Of a stretch of 64,000 nt of DNA, positions 38,762 through 50,244 are shown piece after piece. The stretch's first letter is position 1, and each line of letters begins with the position of its first letter. Origin of the DNA: Myxococcota bacterium. Its GTDB lineage: Bacteria; Myxococcota_A; UBA9160; SZUA-336. The notes beneath the pieces were generated by a model. That model did not search any database. It was not told where the DNA came from and saw nothing but the letters and a program-made list of their open reading frames with translations. The stretch is from assembly GCA_965247115.1 (NCBI GenBank), contig CBDFGR010000003.1:2016001-2080000 (forward strand), in the 5' to 3' direction. The translations under genes were made by a program, and so were the position numbers.

Positions 38762-40627
38762 ATGGCGACGATCTGGATCCTCTCTAACGAACGTTCCCTG
38801 CCCGAGACGCTGGCGCATCACCTGAGTGCGCTCGGCAGCGTGCACACGGGTCGGCCCGATCGCGCGAGCTGGAAGAACACGGAGAGCCCAGACCTGATCA
38901 CGCTGATCGGTGCGGAACCACCCGAGGACCTGGCCGACCTCGAGGCCTGTCTGGACTTCCTGCACTCGATTCCCCTGGCGCGCCGCGCAGCGGCACCGGT
39001 GATCTACGTCCAGCCGTCAAGCGGCAGGCCGACGCTCCCGCTGCTGCACCAGCTGATCGACGACCGACCCCTGCGGGTGCTGGGCTGGCCGCTCGAGCCC
39101 GATGATCTGGTCGACGTTGCGGCCTCATTGCTCGATCAACCCCATCGCCCGAGCTCCCTCCGCGAGCGCGCACGGCGCGCCTGGGTAGCGCGCCGCACCG
39201 AGCTCTTCTACGCCCAGATCGACCTGGTGGAGCTGCGCCATGCGGTCGACCCCCGGAACGCGCGGCGCCCGGTGCTGCTCGTCGGAGAGCCGGGCAGCGG
39301 CCGCGGCATCCTGGCGCACTACATCCACCAGCTCGCGGAGCCCGTGCGGGACGAGCTGATCGTGGTGCCAGCCTCCTCGTTCGCAGCGGACAGCGAGCAA
39401 CGCTTGCTGGACCAGACCCGAGGCCGCCGCGTGAGCATCTATCTGGAAGGCATCGATCGAGTCCGGCGCGAGGTCCAGGACCGGCTGCTGCAGCTGCTCG
39501 GCTCCAGTGGAGCGCTCGGTCTCGAGTCCATTCGCTGGATCGCCAGCGTCAGCCGAGCGCGCGCCCTGATTGCACCCATGCGACAGCTGCCCTGGATTCG
39601 CGTCCCGCTTCCTGCCCTGCGCGAGCGAGACGACCTGGACAGCCTGGCGTACGGCCTCACCGCTCTCTGGTCGGAGGGTGCCGGACGCCCTGTGGAGCTC
39701 GACCGCAGCGCGCTCGACGCGCTCGCTGACTACGCGTGGCCCGGCAACCTGCGGGAGCTGGAGGCCGTGCTCGACGCGACGTTGGCCAAGGCGGCGGGTC
39801 CTCTGGTGGGAGCGGAGGACGTGAGCATCGGCCTCGGCAGAGCTCCAAACGCGACCGCGACTCCGCAGACCCGGACCGAGCCCGCAGCCGCGCCTGTCTT
39901 CACGCCCGAGCCCCCGGCGGCTGCGGCAGAGTCCCCGGCGGCTGCGGCAGAGTCGCCCGCAGCGCCGGAAGCTCCGAGCTCTGAGCCCGCGCTCGGCCAC
40001 GTGATCCCCCCGCTTGCTCAGGAGATCCGGGAGCCGATGCTGGCCATCCGGACCTACGCGAACCTGCTGGAGCAGCGGCCGGACGACACGTCGGTCCGCC
40101 GCGAGTTCTCGAAGCTGGTCGAACGCGACCTGGGACAGCTCGAGGAGACGATCAATCGGCTCGAGCGCTTTGCCGGGCTCAAGGATGAGGGGACCCGAAG
40201 CTTCGGCCTCGCGGCCCTGATCGGAGCGGAGCTCGAACGCCGTGCCGACAAGCTTCGCGCCCGTTCGATCGTGCTGCAGCGAGAGCTCGACTACGCGGCG
40301 CCGGCCGCGCTCGCGGACGAGGAGCGGGTCCGCTTTGCGATCGGCATGCTGCTCGACCGGGCGCTGCGCATGCTGCCGAGCTCGGGCGAGCTCTACGTCG
40401 GGAGCCTCCATCACGCGGAGAGCGCGGAGCGTTCCGCGCATCACCGCGTGCTGATCCGTTTCCAGAGTCCGGAGGAAGTGCTCATCGCGCCCGAAGACGG
40501 ACCGGGGCCCTCACAACCACTCGAGGTGGTGCTCGCCCGCGCGCTGATCGAGGGTGTGGGCGGGAGCTTTGCCGTCGACGTCTCCGGCGTACAGGACAAC
40601 CTCGTCCTGATCGAGCTGCCCGGCTGA
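38762..40627 (+). CDS. Multidomain signalling protein: receiver-like + degenerate sigma54-activator AAA + degenerate histidine-kinase-like domains
   Basis: VLLVGEPGSGRG, LPALRER, YAWPGNLREL, Pro/Ala linker, LAQEIREPM; start moved to ATG 38762. Confidence 0.8.
   Translation: MATIWILSNERSLPETLAHHLSALGSVHTGRPDRASWKNTESPDLITLIGAEPPEDLADLEACLDFLHSIPLARRAAAPVIYVQPSSGRPTLPLLHQLIDDRPLRVLGWPLEPDDLVDVAASLLDQPHRPSSLRERARRAWVARRTELFYAQIDLVELRHAVDPRNARRPVLLVGEPGSGRGILAHYIHQLAEPVRDELIVVPASSFAADSEQRLLDQTRGRRVSIYLEGIDRVRREVQDRLLQLLGSSGALGLESIRWIASVSRARALIAPMRQLPWIRVPLPALRERDDLDSLAYGLTALWSEGAGRPVELDRSALDALADYAWPGNLRELEAVLDATLAKAAGPLVGAEDVSIGLGRAPNATATPQTRTEPAAAPVFTPEPPAAAAESPAAAAESPAAPEAPSSEPALGHVIPPLAQEIREPMLAIRTYANLLEQRPDDTSVRREFSKLVERDLGQLEETINRLERFAGLKDEGTRSFGLAALIGAELERRADKLRARSIVLQRELDYAAPAALADEERVRFAIGMLLDRALRMLPSSGELYVGSLHHAESAERSAHHRVLIRFQSPEEVLIAPEDGPGPSQPLEVVLARALIEGVGGSFAVDVSGVQDNLVLIELPG
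39911..39962 (+). repeat. 21-bp coding tandem repeat (PAAAAES) in the interdomain linker
   Basis: ccccggcggctgcggcagagt twice plus a partial copy. Confidence 0.8.
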
Positions 40628-40659
40628 CGAGGCGCGCGCGCTGCGCTAGCGTCGCTGGG

Positions 40660-41187
40660 TTGACCCTGTCGAAGCTCCAGAGGAAGCTCGTCTCTGTCGT
40701 TTCGGGCGCAGAAGTGGACGGCGCAGGCTTGATCATCCGTTTCAGCCCCACGAGCGGCAAGCCTCACGAGATCTTGGATCGGATCCCGCTGGCACCTCAA
40801 GGTGAGATGCCCGCGGTGTACGGCGTCGGGCGGGTCGTTCGTATCCTGCGCGCCGCACGCGTCCCGGTCCCCTCCGACCCCTACCGCTACATGGCAGACC
40901 CCGAGCGGGCCGCTGCGCTGTTGCGCCGCTGCAACGGCGTCGTCGTGTACCTGCACGTCGCGCGACGCATGGAGAGGGTGCTGACACTGTGGACCGAGGA
41001 GGGTGTCGAGCGGATTCGCGGGGTGCTGGACTTCGTCGAGGACAAAGAGGGCCTGTCGGTGCGGCGACGGAACGGCGAATCCGTCCTGGTCTTCTCGCGC
41101 AAGAAGCTGATTCGCTACGAAACCAGCTCGCAGGAGTCCTTCGAGGTCGTCTCGGTAGAGGTGCCTCCCCGCGTGACCTTGCAGTAA
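40660..41187 (+). CDS. Hypothetical protein
   Basis: Fills the gap between the signalling gene and tat; TTG start; no motif recognised. Confidence 0.65.
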   Translation: MTLSKLQRKLVSVVSGAEVDGAGLIIRFSPTSGKPHEILDRIPLAPQGEMPAVYGVGRVVRILRAARVPVPSDPYRYMADPERAAALLRRCNGVVVYLHVARRMERVLTLWTEEGVERIRGVLDFVEDKEGLSVRRRNGESVLVFSRKKLIRYETSSQESFEVVSVEVPPRVTLQ

Positions 41188-41220
41188 CTGACGCGCTACC
41201 TTCCCGAGAGGAGGCGAGCC

Positions 41221-41505
41221 TTGTTCGGCATCGGAATGCCTGAGCTCCTGGTGATTCTGGTCGTGGCGCTATTGGTGCTGGGCCCGAAGCGCTTGCCCGA
41301 AATGGCACGGTCCTTGGGACGCGGCATGGCGGAGTTCCGCCGTGCCTCTACGGAGCTGCGCAACACCCTCTACGCTCCCCTGGAGGAAGTCAAAAAACCC
41401 CTGGAAGAAGACAAGAAGGAGGAGTCGAAGCCCGTTTCAAAAGAGCCCGACCCCAAGCCCGACGCAGCTCGGGATGACGAGGCGAAGCCGAAGACCGATG
41501 GATGA
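41221..41505 (+). CDS. Twin-arginine translocase TatA/TatB subunit
   Basis: [32 protein letters not shown]. Confidence 0.92.
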   Translation: MFGIGMPELLVILVVALLVLGPKRLPEMARSLGRGMAEFRRASTELRNTLYAPLEEVKKPLEEDKKEESKPVSKEPDPKPDAARDDEAKPKTDG

Positions 41506-42247
41506 TTCGCCGCGTCCGCTGATCGACCATCTCAGCGAGCTGCGTCACAGGTTGTTCTGGGCGCTCGGAACCTGGCTCCTGTTCGCCGTGGTGGCGGGCT
41601 ACTGGGCGCGCGACGTCTTCAAGATCTTGATGCTACCGGCCGTGGCGGCAGTAGAGGGGAAAGGGCACAAGCTGGTGGTCATTGCGCCCCCCGAGCTCTT
41701 CTTCACCTACGTCAAGAGTGCAATCCTCGCCGGCTTCGTCGTCTCACTCCCCGTCTCTCTGTACCAGGCCTGGTCGTTCGTGTCGCCGGGCCTCTACGCA
41801 AAAGAGCGGCGCTTCGCGCTGCCCTTCGTCCTGTCGACCTCGGTCCTGTTCGTAGTGGGCTGCTCGTTTGGCTACTTCCTCGCCTTTCCGACGATCTTCG
41901 ACTGGTTCCTGTCACTCGAGGCAGAGTACGTCACCACGTCGTGGACGACCCAGGCCGTCTTCTCGTTCGTTTCCCGCCTCTACATCGTCTTCGGCCTGGC
42001 CTTCGAGCTGCCGATCGTGATCGTCTTCCTGGCACTGGCCGGCATCGTGACTCCGGAGGCGCTCGCTCGCGGTCGCAGGTACGCCGTCCTGTGCATGTTC
42101 GTCGCTGCTGCTGTCCTGACGCCGGCGGACCCCGCCAGCCAGATCATGCTGGCGGTCCCGCTCATGCTCCTCTACGAATCCGGCATCTGGACCGCGCGAC
42201 TGCTCGTGCGGCGGCGCGAGCGCGTGGCTTCGGCGGAGGCCAGCTGA
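41498..42247 (+). CDS. tatC: Twin-arginine translocase TatC
   Basis: [33 protein letters not shown]. Confidence 0.95.
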   Translation: MDDSPRPLIDHLSELRHRLFWALGTWLLFAVVAGYWARDVFKILMLPAVAAVEGKGHKLVVIAPPELFFTYVKSAILAGFVVSLPVSLYQAWSFVSPGLYAKERRFALPFVLSTSVLFVVGCSFGYFLAFPTIFDWFLSLEAEYVTTSWTTQAVFSFVSRLYIVFGLAFELPIVIVFLALAGIVTPEALARGRRYAVLCMFVAAAVLTPADPASQIMLAVPLMLLYESGIWTARLLVRRRERVASAEAS

Positions 42248-42250
42248 CTC

Positions 42251-42943
42251 TTGGTCCACGATCCCATCGAGGCGGTCCTGCTCGACATGGGCGGGGTGTT
42301 GATTCCAGAGGTAGCGACCTATGAGGCCGCGAGTCGCGACAGCCACCTGATCGAGGCGCTCCGAGAGCTCGACGTCGAGGATCCGGAAGCGTGCATCATG
42401 GACCGCGCTCAGCGGCTGCGCGAGGCCTATCGAGCGCTCGAGCCCGCGTGCACCCAGCCGGACATCGATGCGGTCTGGAGTGATACAGCGCCTCCCGTTC
42501 GGGCCTTGCTGCTGCAGGCGTTGCGTCGCCAGGAGACGCAGCGCCCTTACTCGTACTCCCGCGAGGTCGTGGCCGGGCTCGCGCGTCGCTACCGGCTCGG
42601 CCTCGTGTCGAACAACGTCATCCCCGGCGACCAGCACGCGCGAGCGCTGCACCGTGCCGGTGTGATCCAGCACATCGACTGCGCGCTCTGGTCCGCCAAC
42701 ACCGGCCGTCGAAAGCCCGACCCAACGATGATCCATGCGGTGCTCGAGCAGCTGCGGGTACCCCCCAGGCGAGCGATCTTCGTCGGAGACAAGCTGCGGA
42801 CCGATGTGGCCGCAGCACGGGCTGCCGGAGTGCGCTCCATCTACCTTCAGAGACGCGACTCCCCGAACGCCTCGGGGCCGCGACCGGACTTCAGACTGCG
42901 CGATCTCCGGGAGCTTCCGCTGCTACTCCGCCGCCTGCACTGA
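42251..42943 (+). CDS. HAD-superfamily hydrolase
   Basis: LLDMGGVL, VSN, RKPDP, FVGD..TDV..A..AG. Confidence 0.88.
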   Translation: MVHDPIEAVLLDMGGVLIPEVATYEAASRDSHLIEALRELDVEDPEACIMDRAQRLREAYRALEPACTQPDIDAVWSDTAPPVRALLLQALRRQETQRPYSYSREVVAGLARRYRLGLVSNNVIPGDQHARALHRAGVIQHIDCALWSANTGRRKPDPTMIHAVLEQLRVPPRRAIFVGDKLRTDVAAARAAGVRSIYLQRRDSPNASGPRPDFRLRDLRELPLLLRRLH

Positions 42944-42987
42944 GCCCGCGCGAGGCGCGCTGGGTCTGGAGCCAGGCTCGGATCGCC

Positions 42988-43509
42988 TCAGTCGTCGTCC
43001 GGAGGCTCGACCACGAGCAGGAGCGCGTCGGCGTCGACCGTCCCGCCCTCGCTGGTGTTGATCTCCGTCACGACGCCGGCGACCGGGCTCTTGAGCTCGT
43101 TCTCCATCTTCATCGCCTCGATCACGACCAGCCCCTGATCTTCAAGGACGAAATCGCCCACCTTGACCAGGATCTTCACGACCTTGCCCGGGATGTGCGC
43201 CTTGAGCTCCTGGCGCCCCGTCAAGGTGGCTGCGGCCCCGGCCACGAGAACTTTGCGGCGCAGATCGATGACCGTGCAGCCGAAAGCGCTGGCGCCGACG
43301 TGAACGTCGAAGCTGCCGTCCTCCAGCTCGTCCACGCTCCCCTCGTACTGTCTCGACCCGATCAGGATCGAGTACACGGTCCGCGGGGTCTTCATCACGT
43401 CGAGGCGCACTGGGTCCCCACCATCGACGCTGACGTCGAACAGGTCGCCCCCGACGTCCTTTACCTCGACGCTGTGCGCGTCCTCCCCGATGGTGACCTC
43501 ATAGTGCAC
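42988..43509 (-). CDS. Biotin carboxyl carrier protein
   Basis: EAMKMENE biotinylation motif. Confidence 0.93.
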   Translation of the reverse strand: MHYEVTIGEDAHSVEVKDVGGDLFDVSVDGGDPVRLDVMKTPRTVYSILIGSRQYEGSVDELEDGSFDVHVGASAFGCTVIDLRRKVLVAGAAATLTGRQELKAHIPGKVVKILVKVGDFVLEDQGLVVIEAMKMENELKSPVAGVVTEINTSEGGTVDADALLLVVEPPDDD

Positions 43510-43512
43510 GGC

Positions 43513-45039
43513 TCATCTCCGCAGCTGGCGCGCGCGGCCCGCCGCCTTCCAGGCGGAGACGCCTGGACCTCGAATCGACTCCGCGCGCGCGGCCCGTTCG
43601 CGATCGCGTCGGTAGGCCGCAACTCCCGCCAGCATCACACCGACCTCGCGCTCCTCCGCGTCGACCGGCGTGGTCATCGGGTCGTTCGGGAGAATCTCCG
43701 TCTCGATAAAGCTCGTATCGAAGTCCCCAGCGCGGAACTTCTCGTTGGTCATGACCTGCCGATGGAACGGGATCGACGTCTTGATGCCCTTGACCACGAA
43801 CTCCTTGAGGGCGCGCTCCATGCGCGCAATGGCCTCATCCCTGTCTCGGCCCCAGCACACGAGCTTGGAGACCATCGGATCGTAGTAAACGGGCACCACC
43901 GCGCCCGCAAACACGCCACTGTCGTTGCGCACCCCCGGCCCACCCGGCGGGCTGTAGACGAGGATCTCACCCGGCGACGGCCGGAAGTTCCGCTCCGGGT
44001 CCTCCGCGTAGATGCGACACTCGATCGCCCAGCCGTTGACGCCGACCTCGTCCTGGGAGATTCCGATCTCTGCCCCCGCGGCGATTCGAATCCCGGTCTT
44101 GACGATGTCAATGTTCGTGATCATCTCGGTCACGGGATGCTCGACCTGGATGCGCGTGTTCATCTCTAGGAAGTAGAAGCGGAACTGGTCGTCGACGAGG
44201 AACTCACAGGTGCCCGCACCCTCGTACCCGACGGCCTTTGCCGCGGCCACGGCGGCCTTGCCCATCTCTTCGCGCAGCGAAGCGGGCATCCGATTGGCTG
44301 GCGCCTCCTCGATCACTTTCTGGTGGCGCCGCTGGATCGAGCACTCGCGCTCGAACAGGTGGATGATGTTGCCGTGCGAGTCACCGAGGATCTGGATCTC
44401 GATGTGACGCGGCTGGTTTACGAACTTCTCCAGGTAGATCGAGTCGTCGCCGAAGGAAGCCCGGGCCTCCGAGCGCGCGCGTTTGATGCTCTGCTCGAGC
44501 TCACGCTCCTCGCGAACGAGCCGCATGCCCTTTCCCCCGCCGCCCGCGGAGGCCTTCACCATGACGGGGAACCCGATCTCTCGGGAGAACTTGATCGTCT
44601 CCTCGTCGCTCAGCCGCTCGGTCGTTCCCGGAACGATCGGCACGCCCGCGGCCTCCATCTTGCGTCGCGCCACGACCTTGTCCCCCATCTCCGCGATCGT
44701 CTCGGGACGAGGTCCGATGAACGTAATGCCCTCCTCGGCGCAGCGGCTGGCGAAGGCGGCGTTCTCGGAGAGAAAGCCGTAGCCCGGGTGGATCGCCTGC
44801 GCTCCCGAGTCCTTCGCGATCTCTACGAGCCGATCGACATTCAGGTAGCTCTGGGCCGCGGGCGCCGGCCCACAAGGGTGAGCCTCGTCGGCGTGCCGGA
44901 CGTGCAGCGCGTTGCGATCGGCCTCCGAGAAAACCGCGACCGAGGAGACGCCCAGCTCGCGGCAGGCGCGCATGATCCTGACTGCGATCTCCCCCCGATT
45001 CGCGACCAGTACCCTCTCGAAAGGGGGAGGAGCACTCAC
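43513..45039 (-). CDS. accC: Biotin carboxylase subunit of an acyl-CoA carboxylase
   Basis: [45 protein letters not shown]. Confidence 0.93.
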   Translation of the reverse strand: MSAPPPFERVLVANRGEIAVRIMRACRELGVSSVAVFSEADRNALHVRHADEAHPCGPAPAAQSYLNVDRLVEIAKDSGAQAIHPGYGFLSENAAFASRCAEEGITFIGPRPETIAEMGDKVVARRKMEAAGVPIVPGTTERLSDEETIKFSREIGFPVMVKASAGGGGKGMRLVREERELEQSIKRARSEARASFGDDSIYLEKFVNQPRHIEIQILGDSHGNIIHLFERECSIQRRHQKVIEEAPANRMPASLREEMGKAAVAAAKAVGYEGAGTCEFLVDDQFRFYFLEMNTRIQVEHPVTEMITNIDIVKTGIRIAAGAEIGISQDEVGVNGWAIECRIYAEDPERNFRPSPGEILVYSPPGGPGVRNDSGVFAGAVVPVYYDPMVSKLVCWGRDRDEAIARMERALKEFVVKGIKTSIPFHRQVMTNEKFRAGDFDTSFIETEILPNDPMTTPVDAEEREVGVMLAGVAAYRRDRERAARAESIRGPGVSAWKAAGRARQLRR

Positions 45040-46586
45040 AACGGGATGTTCCCGTGCTTCTTCGGTGGGTTCTCGTCGCGCTTGTTCTGCAACATCGCCA
45101 GCGACTCAATGATCCGGGGCCGCGTTTCCTCGGGGCGAATCACGTCGTCGATGTAGCCGAGCTCAGCGGCGCGGTAGGGGTTCGCAAAGCGTTCGCGGTA
45201 GTCCGCCTCGAGGCGCTTGCGTGCCTCCTCGGGGTCTTTGGCCTCTGCGATCTCATCGCGGAACACGATGTTCACCGCGCCGTCGGGTCCCATGACGGCG
45301 ATCTCGGCCTGCGGGTACGCAAAGCTGATGTCGCCGCGGATGTGCTTGGAGCTCATCACGTCGTAGGCGCCGCCGTACGCCTTGCGCGTGATGATTGTGA
45401 CCTTTGGCACGGTCGCCTCCGCGAACGCGTAGAGCAGCTTGGCTCCGTGCAGGATGACGCCGCCCAGCTCCTGGGCGACACCGGGCAAGTAGCCCGGGAC
45501 GTCGACGAACGTGACGAGAGGGATGTTGAAGGCATCACAGAAGCGAACGAAGCGGGCCGCCTTCTTCGCCGAGTCGATGTCCAGAGAGCCGGCACTGTAG
45601 GCCGGATTGTTGCCCACGATTCCCACGCTCCAGCCGCCAAAGCGCCCGAAGCCGATGATCATGTTTCGCGCGTAGTGCGCGTGAACCTCGAGGAAGATCC
45701 CGTCGTCCGTGACCAGCTCCACGAGCTCCTTCATGTTGTAGGGCTTGAGATGATCGACAGAGACCAGCGTGTTCAACCTGGGCTCGATCCGGTTCGGATC
45801 GTCGTCGGTGGGGACAAAAGGTGGATCTTCCTGGTTGTTCTGCGGGATGAAGCCGAGCAGGGCGCGGATCAGCTGGATGCACTCCTGGTCCGTCTCGGCC
45901 GCGAAGTGCGCAACGCCGCTCTTGGTGCTGTGCGTGGTCGCCCCGCCGAGATCTTCCTTCGTGACCTCCTCGTACGTCACGGTCTTGATCACATCAGGGC
46001 CCGTGATGAACATGTTGCTCGTGCCCTTCACCATGAGGATGAAGTCTGTGAGTGCGGGCGAGTACACCGCGCCGCCGGCGCAGGGACCCATGATGGCGGA
46101 GATCTGGGGGACGACGCCCGACTGCAGGATGTTGCGCAAGAAGATGTCCGCGTAGCCGGCAAGGGAGACCACGCCCTCCTGGATCCGCGCGCCACCGCAG
46201 TCGTTCAGCCCGATGAACGGCGCGCCGACCTTGGCCGCGTGATCCATGACCTTGCAGACCTTCTCGGCGAACGCACCCGAGAGGGAGCCCCCGAACACCG
46301 TGAAGTCGTGCGCGAACAGGAAGACGAGGCGTCCGTCGATCCGGGCGGTGCCGGTAACCACCCCGTCGCCGAGGATCTTCGTCTCCTCCATGCCAAAGTC
46401 GTGGGCGCGATGGGTCTTGAAGCGGTCGTACTCGCGAAACGTGCCGGGATCGACGAGCAGCTCGATCCGTTCGCGTGCGGTGAGCTTGCCCTGGGCGTGC
46501 TGCCGGTCGATGCGATCCTGGCCACCTCCGAGCTCGGACTGGGCGCGGAGCTCGTCCAGGTGCTTGAGCTTCTCCTCGATCGACAG
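45036..46586 (-). CDS. pccB: Acyl-CoA (propionyl-CoA-type) carboxylase carboxyltransferase beta subunit (CTG start)
   Basis: Frame extends upstream of the tracked ORF: (M)[57 protein letters not shown] 8 nt before CTG. Confidence 0.92.
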   Translation of the reverse strand: MSIEEKLKHLDELRAQSELGGGQDRIDRQHAQGKLTARERIELLVDPGTFREYDRFKTHRAHDFGMEETKILGDGVVTGTARIDGRLVFLFAHDFTVFGGSLSGAFAEKVCKVMDHAAKVGAPFIGLNDCGGARIQEGVVSLAGYADIFLRNILQSGVVPQISAIMGPCAGGAVYSPALTDFILMVKGTSNMFITGPDVIKTVTYEEVTKEDLGGATTHSTKSGVAHFAAETDQECIQLIRALLGFIPQNNQEDPPFVPTDDDPNRIEPRLNTLVSVDHLKPYNMKELVELVTDDGIFLEVHAHYARNMIIGFGRFGGWSVGIVGNNPAYSAGSLDIDSAKKAARFVRFCDAFNIPLVTFVDVPGYLPGVAQELGGVILHGAKLLYAFAEATVPKVTIITRKAYGGAYDVMSSKHIRGDISFAYPQAEIAVMGPDGAVNIVFRDEIAEAKDPEEARKRLEADYRERFANPYRAAELGYIDDVIRPEETRPRIIESLAMLQNKRDENPPKKHGNIPL

Positions 46587-46588
46587 CG

Positions 46589-48850
46589 TTAGTACTCCTT
46601 CTGGGTCTGCAGCACCGTTACCGCCGTCATGTTGACGATGTCCTCGACCGTCGCCGTGGGCTGCAGCGAGTTTACGGGACTGCGCATCCCCATCATGATC
46701 GGGCCAACGACGCTTGCGTTGGCAGCGGCATCCATGAGCCTCACGCCGATGTGCGCCGCGTGGAGGTTCGGGAATACGAGCACGTTCGCCTCGCCCTCGA
46801 TCTCGGAGAAAGGAAAGCGCGTGGCGCGCTTGGTCGCATCGAGTGCAAGGTCGGCCTGCATCTCACCATCGATCTTGAGATCCGGCCACCGTTCCCGTGC
46901 AAGGCGGACGGCCTCCGCGGGCGGACTCGTCTCCTCGCCCCGGTAGCTGCCGTAGTTGGAGAAGGAGAGCACGCCGACCGTCGGATCGTAGCCCAGCCAC
47001 TCCGCCGTCGACGCAGCCATACCGGCGATCTCGGCCAGGGCCTCTGCATCCGGATCGATGTTGATCGCCGTATCCGCAAAGAACATCACCCGATCGCTCT
47101 GGATCACGAGCGAGACTCCGGCGGCGCGCCGGTGGCCCTCGGAGAGGCCGATGACTTCGAGGAAGGGAAGGATGGATGCGGGGTAGGACTTGGTGAGACC
47201 TGCGAGCAGACCGTGGGCGTCCCCCAGACGCACCATCATCACGCCGAAGTAGCTGCGGCGAGCCAGCAGCCGCTCTGCGTCGGGGACGGTCACTCCCTTG
47301 TGGCGCCGCAGCTGGAGGAGCTCCTTGCGGTAGTAAACGCTGCGATCGGAGCTCCGCGGATCGATCAGGGTCACGCCGTCGAGATCGACGCCGAGCTGTT
47401 TTGCGTTGCCCCGAATCTCGCTCTCGTCTCCCAGCAGGACGGGTTCGGCCAGCTCCTCCTCGCGCAGGATCTCGATCGCGCGCAGCACCCGCTCTTCGCT
47501 TCCCTCCGGAAAGACCACGCGCTTGAGCTGCTGGCTCTTCGCCGTGTTCATCACGGTGCGCATGACCTGGCGCGTAACGCCACGATAGCGCTCGAGCTGG
47601 TTGCGGTACTCGTCGATGTCGAGCTCGATGCGTGCGACTCCCGTCTCCATCGCGGCCTGAGCGACCGCGCTCGCCTCGTAGATGAGTACGCGAGGATCGA
47701 AGGGTTTCGGGATGATGTACTTCGGTCCGAACTCGAAGCGCTCGCCAGGATACGCCTGGCGTACCTCTTCGGGCAGCCCCTGCTCGCCCTGCTTCGCCAG
47801 CTCCGCCAGCGCGCTCACGGCCGCGAGCTTCATCTCGGTATTGATCTTGCGGGCGCGCACGTCGAGGGCCGCCCGGAAGATGAACGGGAAGCCGAGCACG
47901 TTGTTGACCTGGTTCGGGTAGTCCGAGCGCCCCGTAGCCATGATCGCGTCCTCCCGCACCTCGGCCACGTCGGCAGGAGAGATTTCCGGGTCGGGATTGG
48001 CCATCGCAAAGATCAGCGGCCGATCGGCCATCGAGCGCACCATCTCCTGCGTTACGAGACCCGCCGCACTGACGCCAATGAAGGCGTCGGCACCGCGCAT
48101 CGCGTCCTCGAGAGTGCGCGCATCGGTCTCGACGGCCAGGCGCTCCTTGTAGGGATTCATGCCCTCGATGCGACCGGTGTAGATCACGCCGCGGCTGTCC
48201 ACCATCAGCATGTTCTCGCGCTTTACGCCGAGCTCGAGGTACAGCTCGGCGCAGGCGACGCCCGCGGCGCCGGCGCCGGCAAAGACGACCTTGCAGTCCT
48301 CGATGCTGCGCTCCGTCAGCTCGAGAGCATTGAGAAAGGCCGCGGCGGAGATGATGGCCGTGCCGTGCTGGTCGTCGTGAAACACCGGGATGTCGAGGGC
48401 CTCGATCAGCGCCTCCTCGATGTAGAAGCAGTCCGGGGCGCGGATGTCCTCCAGGTTGATCCCGCCAAAGGTCGGCTCGAGCAGCTTGCAGGCCAGGATC
48501 ATCTCGTCCGGGTCTTCCGTATCGAGCTCGATGTCGAAGACGTCGACGCCAGCAAAGCGCTTGAACAGGACGCCCTTGCCCTCCATCACGGGCTTGCCCG
48601 CGAGGGCGCCGATGTTGCCCAGACCGAGCACCGCAGTCCCGTTCGTCACGACGGCGACGAGATTCGACCGCGCCGTATAGCGGAACACCTCGTCCGGCAT
48701 GCGGTGGATCTCGCGACAGGGCTCCGCCACGCCGGGCGTATAGGCGAGCGAGAGGTCGCGAGCGGTGACCGCACGCTTTGTCGGAACGACCTCGATCTTT
48801 CCGGCCTTTCCCTTACTATGATAGTCGAGTGCGTCTTGCTTGCTGATCAC
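46589..48850 (-). CDS. maeB: NADP-dependent malic enzyme with PTA-like domain
   Basis: [38 protein letters not shown]-terminal DGEMQ. Confidence 0.96.
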   Translation of the reverse strand: MISKQDALDYHSKGKAGKIEVVPTKRAVTARDLSLAYTPGVAEPCREIHRMPDEVFRYTARSNLVAVVTNGTAVLGLGNIGALAGKPVMEGKGVLFKRFAGVDVFDIELDTEDPDEMILACKLLEPTFGGINLEDIRAPDCFYIEEALIEALDIPVFHDDQHGTAIISAAAFLNALELTERSIEDCKVVFAGAGAAGVACAELYLELGVKRENMLMVDSRGVIYTGRIEGMNPYKERLAVETDARTLEDAMRGADAFIGVSAAGLVTQEMVRSMADRPLIFAMANPDPEISPADVAEVREDAIMATGRSDYPNQVNNVLGFPFIFRAALDVRARKINTEMKLAAVSALAELAKQGEQGLPEEVRQAYPGERFEFGPKYIIPKPFDPRVLIYEASAVAQAAMETGVARIELDIDEYRNQLERYRGVTRQVMRTVMNTAKSQQLKRVVFPEGSEERVLRAIEILREEELAEPVLLGDESEIRGNAKQLGVDLDGVTLIDPRSSDRSVYYRKELLQLRRHKGVTVPDAERLLARRSYFGVMMVRLGDAHGLLAGLTKSYPASILPFLEVIGLSEGHRRAAGVSLVIQSDRVMFFADTAINIDPDAEALAEIAGMAASTAEWLGYDPTVGVLSFSNYGSYRGEETSPPAEAVRLARERWPDLKIDGEMQADLALDATKRATRFPFSEIEGEANVLVFPNLHAAHIGVRLMDAAANASVVGPIMMGMRSPVNSLQPTATVEDIVNMTAVTVLQTQKEY

Positions 48851-49033
48851 GTCAGATCCTTTGTCGAGTCGAAAGCGACGAGAGAACGAGACCTCTCTGA
48901 TCTCCGCGCGGGTCGCCAGAGCTTATCAGAGCGCCGCCACCGGTGTCCTAGGCGTGCGCTGCTTCAGCCGCCCGACTGAAAGTGCTCTGGCGAGTGCGTA
49001 GGTGGCGTGGACGAGTCCCTGCCAGAGGCTGCG

Positions 49034-49681
49034 CTACCTCTCTTTGATCTTCTCCCAGTCTGCCAGGAAGCGCTCGATCCCGATGTCGGTCAGGGGATGT
49101 TTGGTCAGTGCCTGCAGCACTGACAACGGCATGGTTGTGATGTCGGCGCCGATGCGAGCGGCGTCGACCACGTGTGTCGGGCTGCGCACGCTCGCGACGA
49201 GCACCTCGGTCTCGATCTCGTAGTTCGAGAAGATCTGACAGATCTGCTCGACGAGCTCCATTCCGACCTGCTGGATGTCGTCGAGCCTGCCCACGAAGGG
49301 CGAGACCATGGCGGCGCCAGCCTTGGCCGCCATCAGTGCTTGAATCGGACTGAAGATGAGCGTGCAGTTACAAGCGATGCTCTGATCGGCCAGGATGCGG
49401 ATCGCTTTCAGCCCCTCCGTCGACATCGGGATCTTGACCACGATGTTGGAGGCGACCTTGGACCACTCGAGACCCTCGCGGACCATACCCTGCGCGTCGA
49501 GGCTGACGACCTCGGCACTGATCGGACCGTCGCAGATCTTCGCGATCTCGCGCACGACCTCCCGCGGATCGCCGTCTTCTTTCGAGAGCAAGCTCGGGTT
49601 GGTCGTCACGCCATCCAACAGGCCCAGCGCCGCGGCTTCTCGAATGTCGGGTACGTGGGCGGTGTCGAGAAAGAACTTCAT
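49034..49681 (-). CDS. tal: Transaldolase / fructose-6-phosphate aldolase family
   Basis: [34 protein letters not shown]. Confidence 0.92.
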   Translation of the reverse strand: MKFFLDTAHVPDIREAAALGLLDGVTTNPSLLSKEDGDPREVVREIAKICDGPISAEVVSLDAQGMVREGLEWSKVASNIVVKIPMSTEGLKAIRILADQSIACNCTLIFSPIQALMAAKAGAAMVSPFVGRLDDIQQVGMELVEQICQIFSNYEIETEVLVASVRSPTHVVDAARIGADITTMPLSVLQALTKHPLTDIGIERFLADWEKIKER

Positions 49682-50244
49682 TGTCCGATGACCTCCGGGC
49701 GAGCACGTCGCCCCTGGCGAAATCGTCGCCCTGCTCCAGCTTCGCCCGCACGGTGCGAGGCGTCAGCGGAGATTCTCTCACTGCGTAGGGGATCGTCAAG
49801 GTCCCGGAGCAGCTCGTGGGCGCGTTTGCCGCTGCGCGGATCTCGCAGCTCCGGGGCGATCTCGACGAGGGGCTCCAGCACGAAGCGCCGGGTGTGAAAG
49901 CGCGGATGGGGCAGGCTGAGCTCGGGGCTCTCGAGAACGGTCGAGCCGAACAGCAACAGGTCGAGATCGAGTTCGCGCGGCCCCCAGCGGGGTCCTCCCA
50001 CCTTCCGCCCGGCGGCCCGCTCGAGCGCCTGTAGGTGCCGGAGCAGCTCGCGCGGCCCCAGCTCACACTCCACGCGAGCCACCGCATTCACGAACCAGGG
50101 CTGATCGCGCCGCCCCTGCGGCTCGGTCCTGTACAGCGACGACGCGTTCACTGGACCGAATGCCAGGAGAGACCTGATCGCCGCGCCCACTGCCCGCTCC
50201 GGGTCGCCCTTGTTCGCGCCGATCCCCACCCAGGCCGTCGTCAT
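49678..50244 (-). CDS. folK: 6-hydroxymethyl-7,8-dihydropterin pyrophosphokinase
   Basis: GIGAN.G, SSLY.TEP, WGPR.LDLDLL, LPHPR..R.FVL.PL. Confidence 0.94.
   Translation of the reverse strand: MTTAWVGIGANKGDPERAVGAAIRSLLAFGPVNASSLYRTEPQGRRDQPWFVNAVARVECELGPRELLRHLQALERAAGRKVGGPRWGPRELDLDLLLFGSTVLESPELSLPHPRFHTRRFVLEPLVEIAPELRDPRSGKRAHELLRDLDDPLRSERISADASHRAGEAGAGRRFRQGRRARPEVIGQ

Noticed and set aside
45036..46586. pccB and parA as 5'-truncated pseudogenes
   Set aside because: Both frames are open and conserved upstream of the tracked start; near-cognate initiation explains them without frameshifts.
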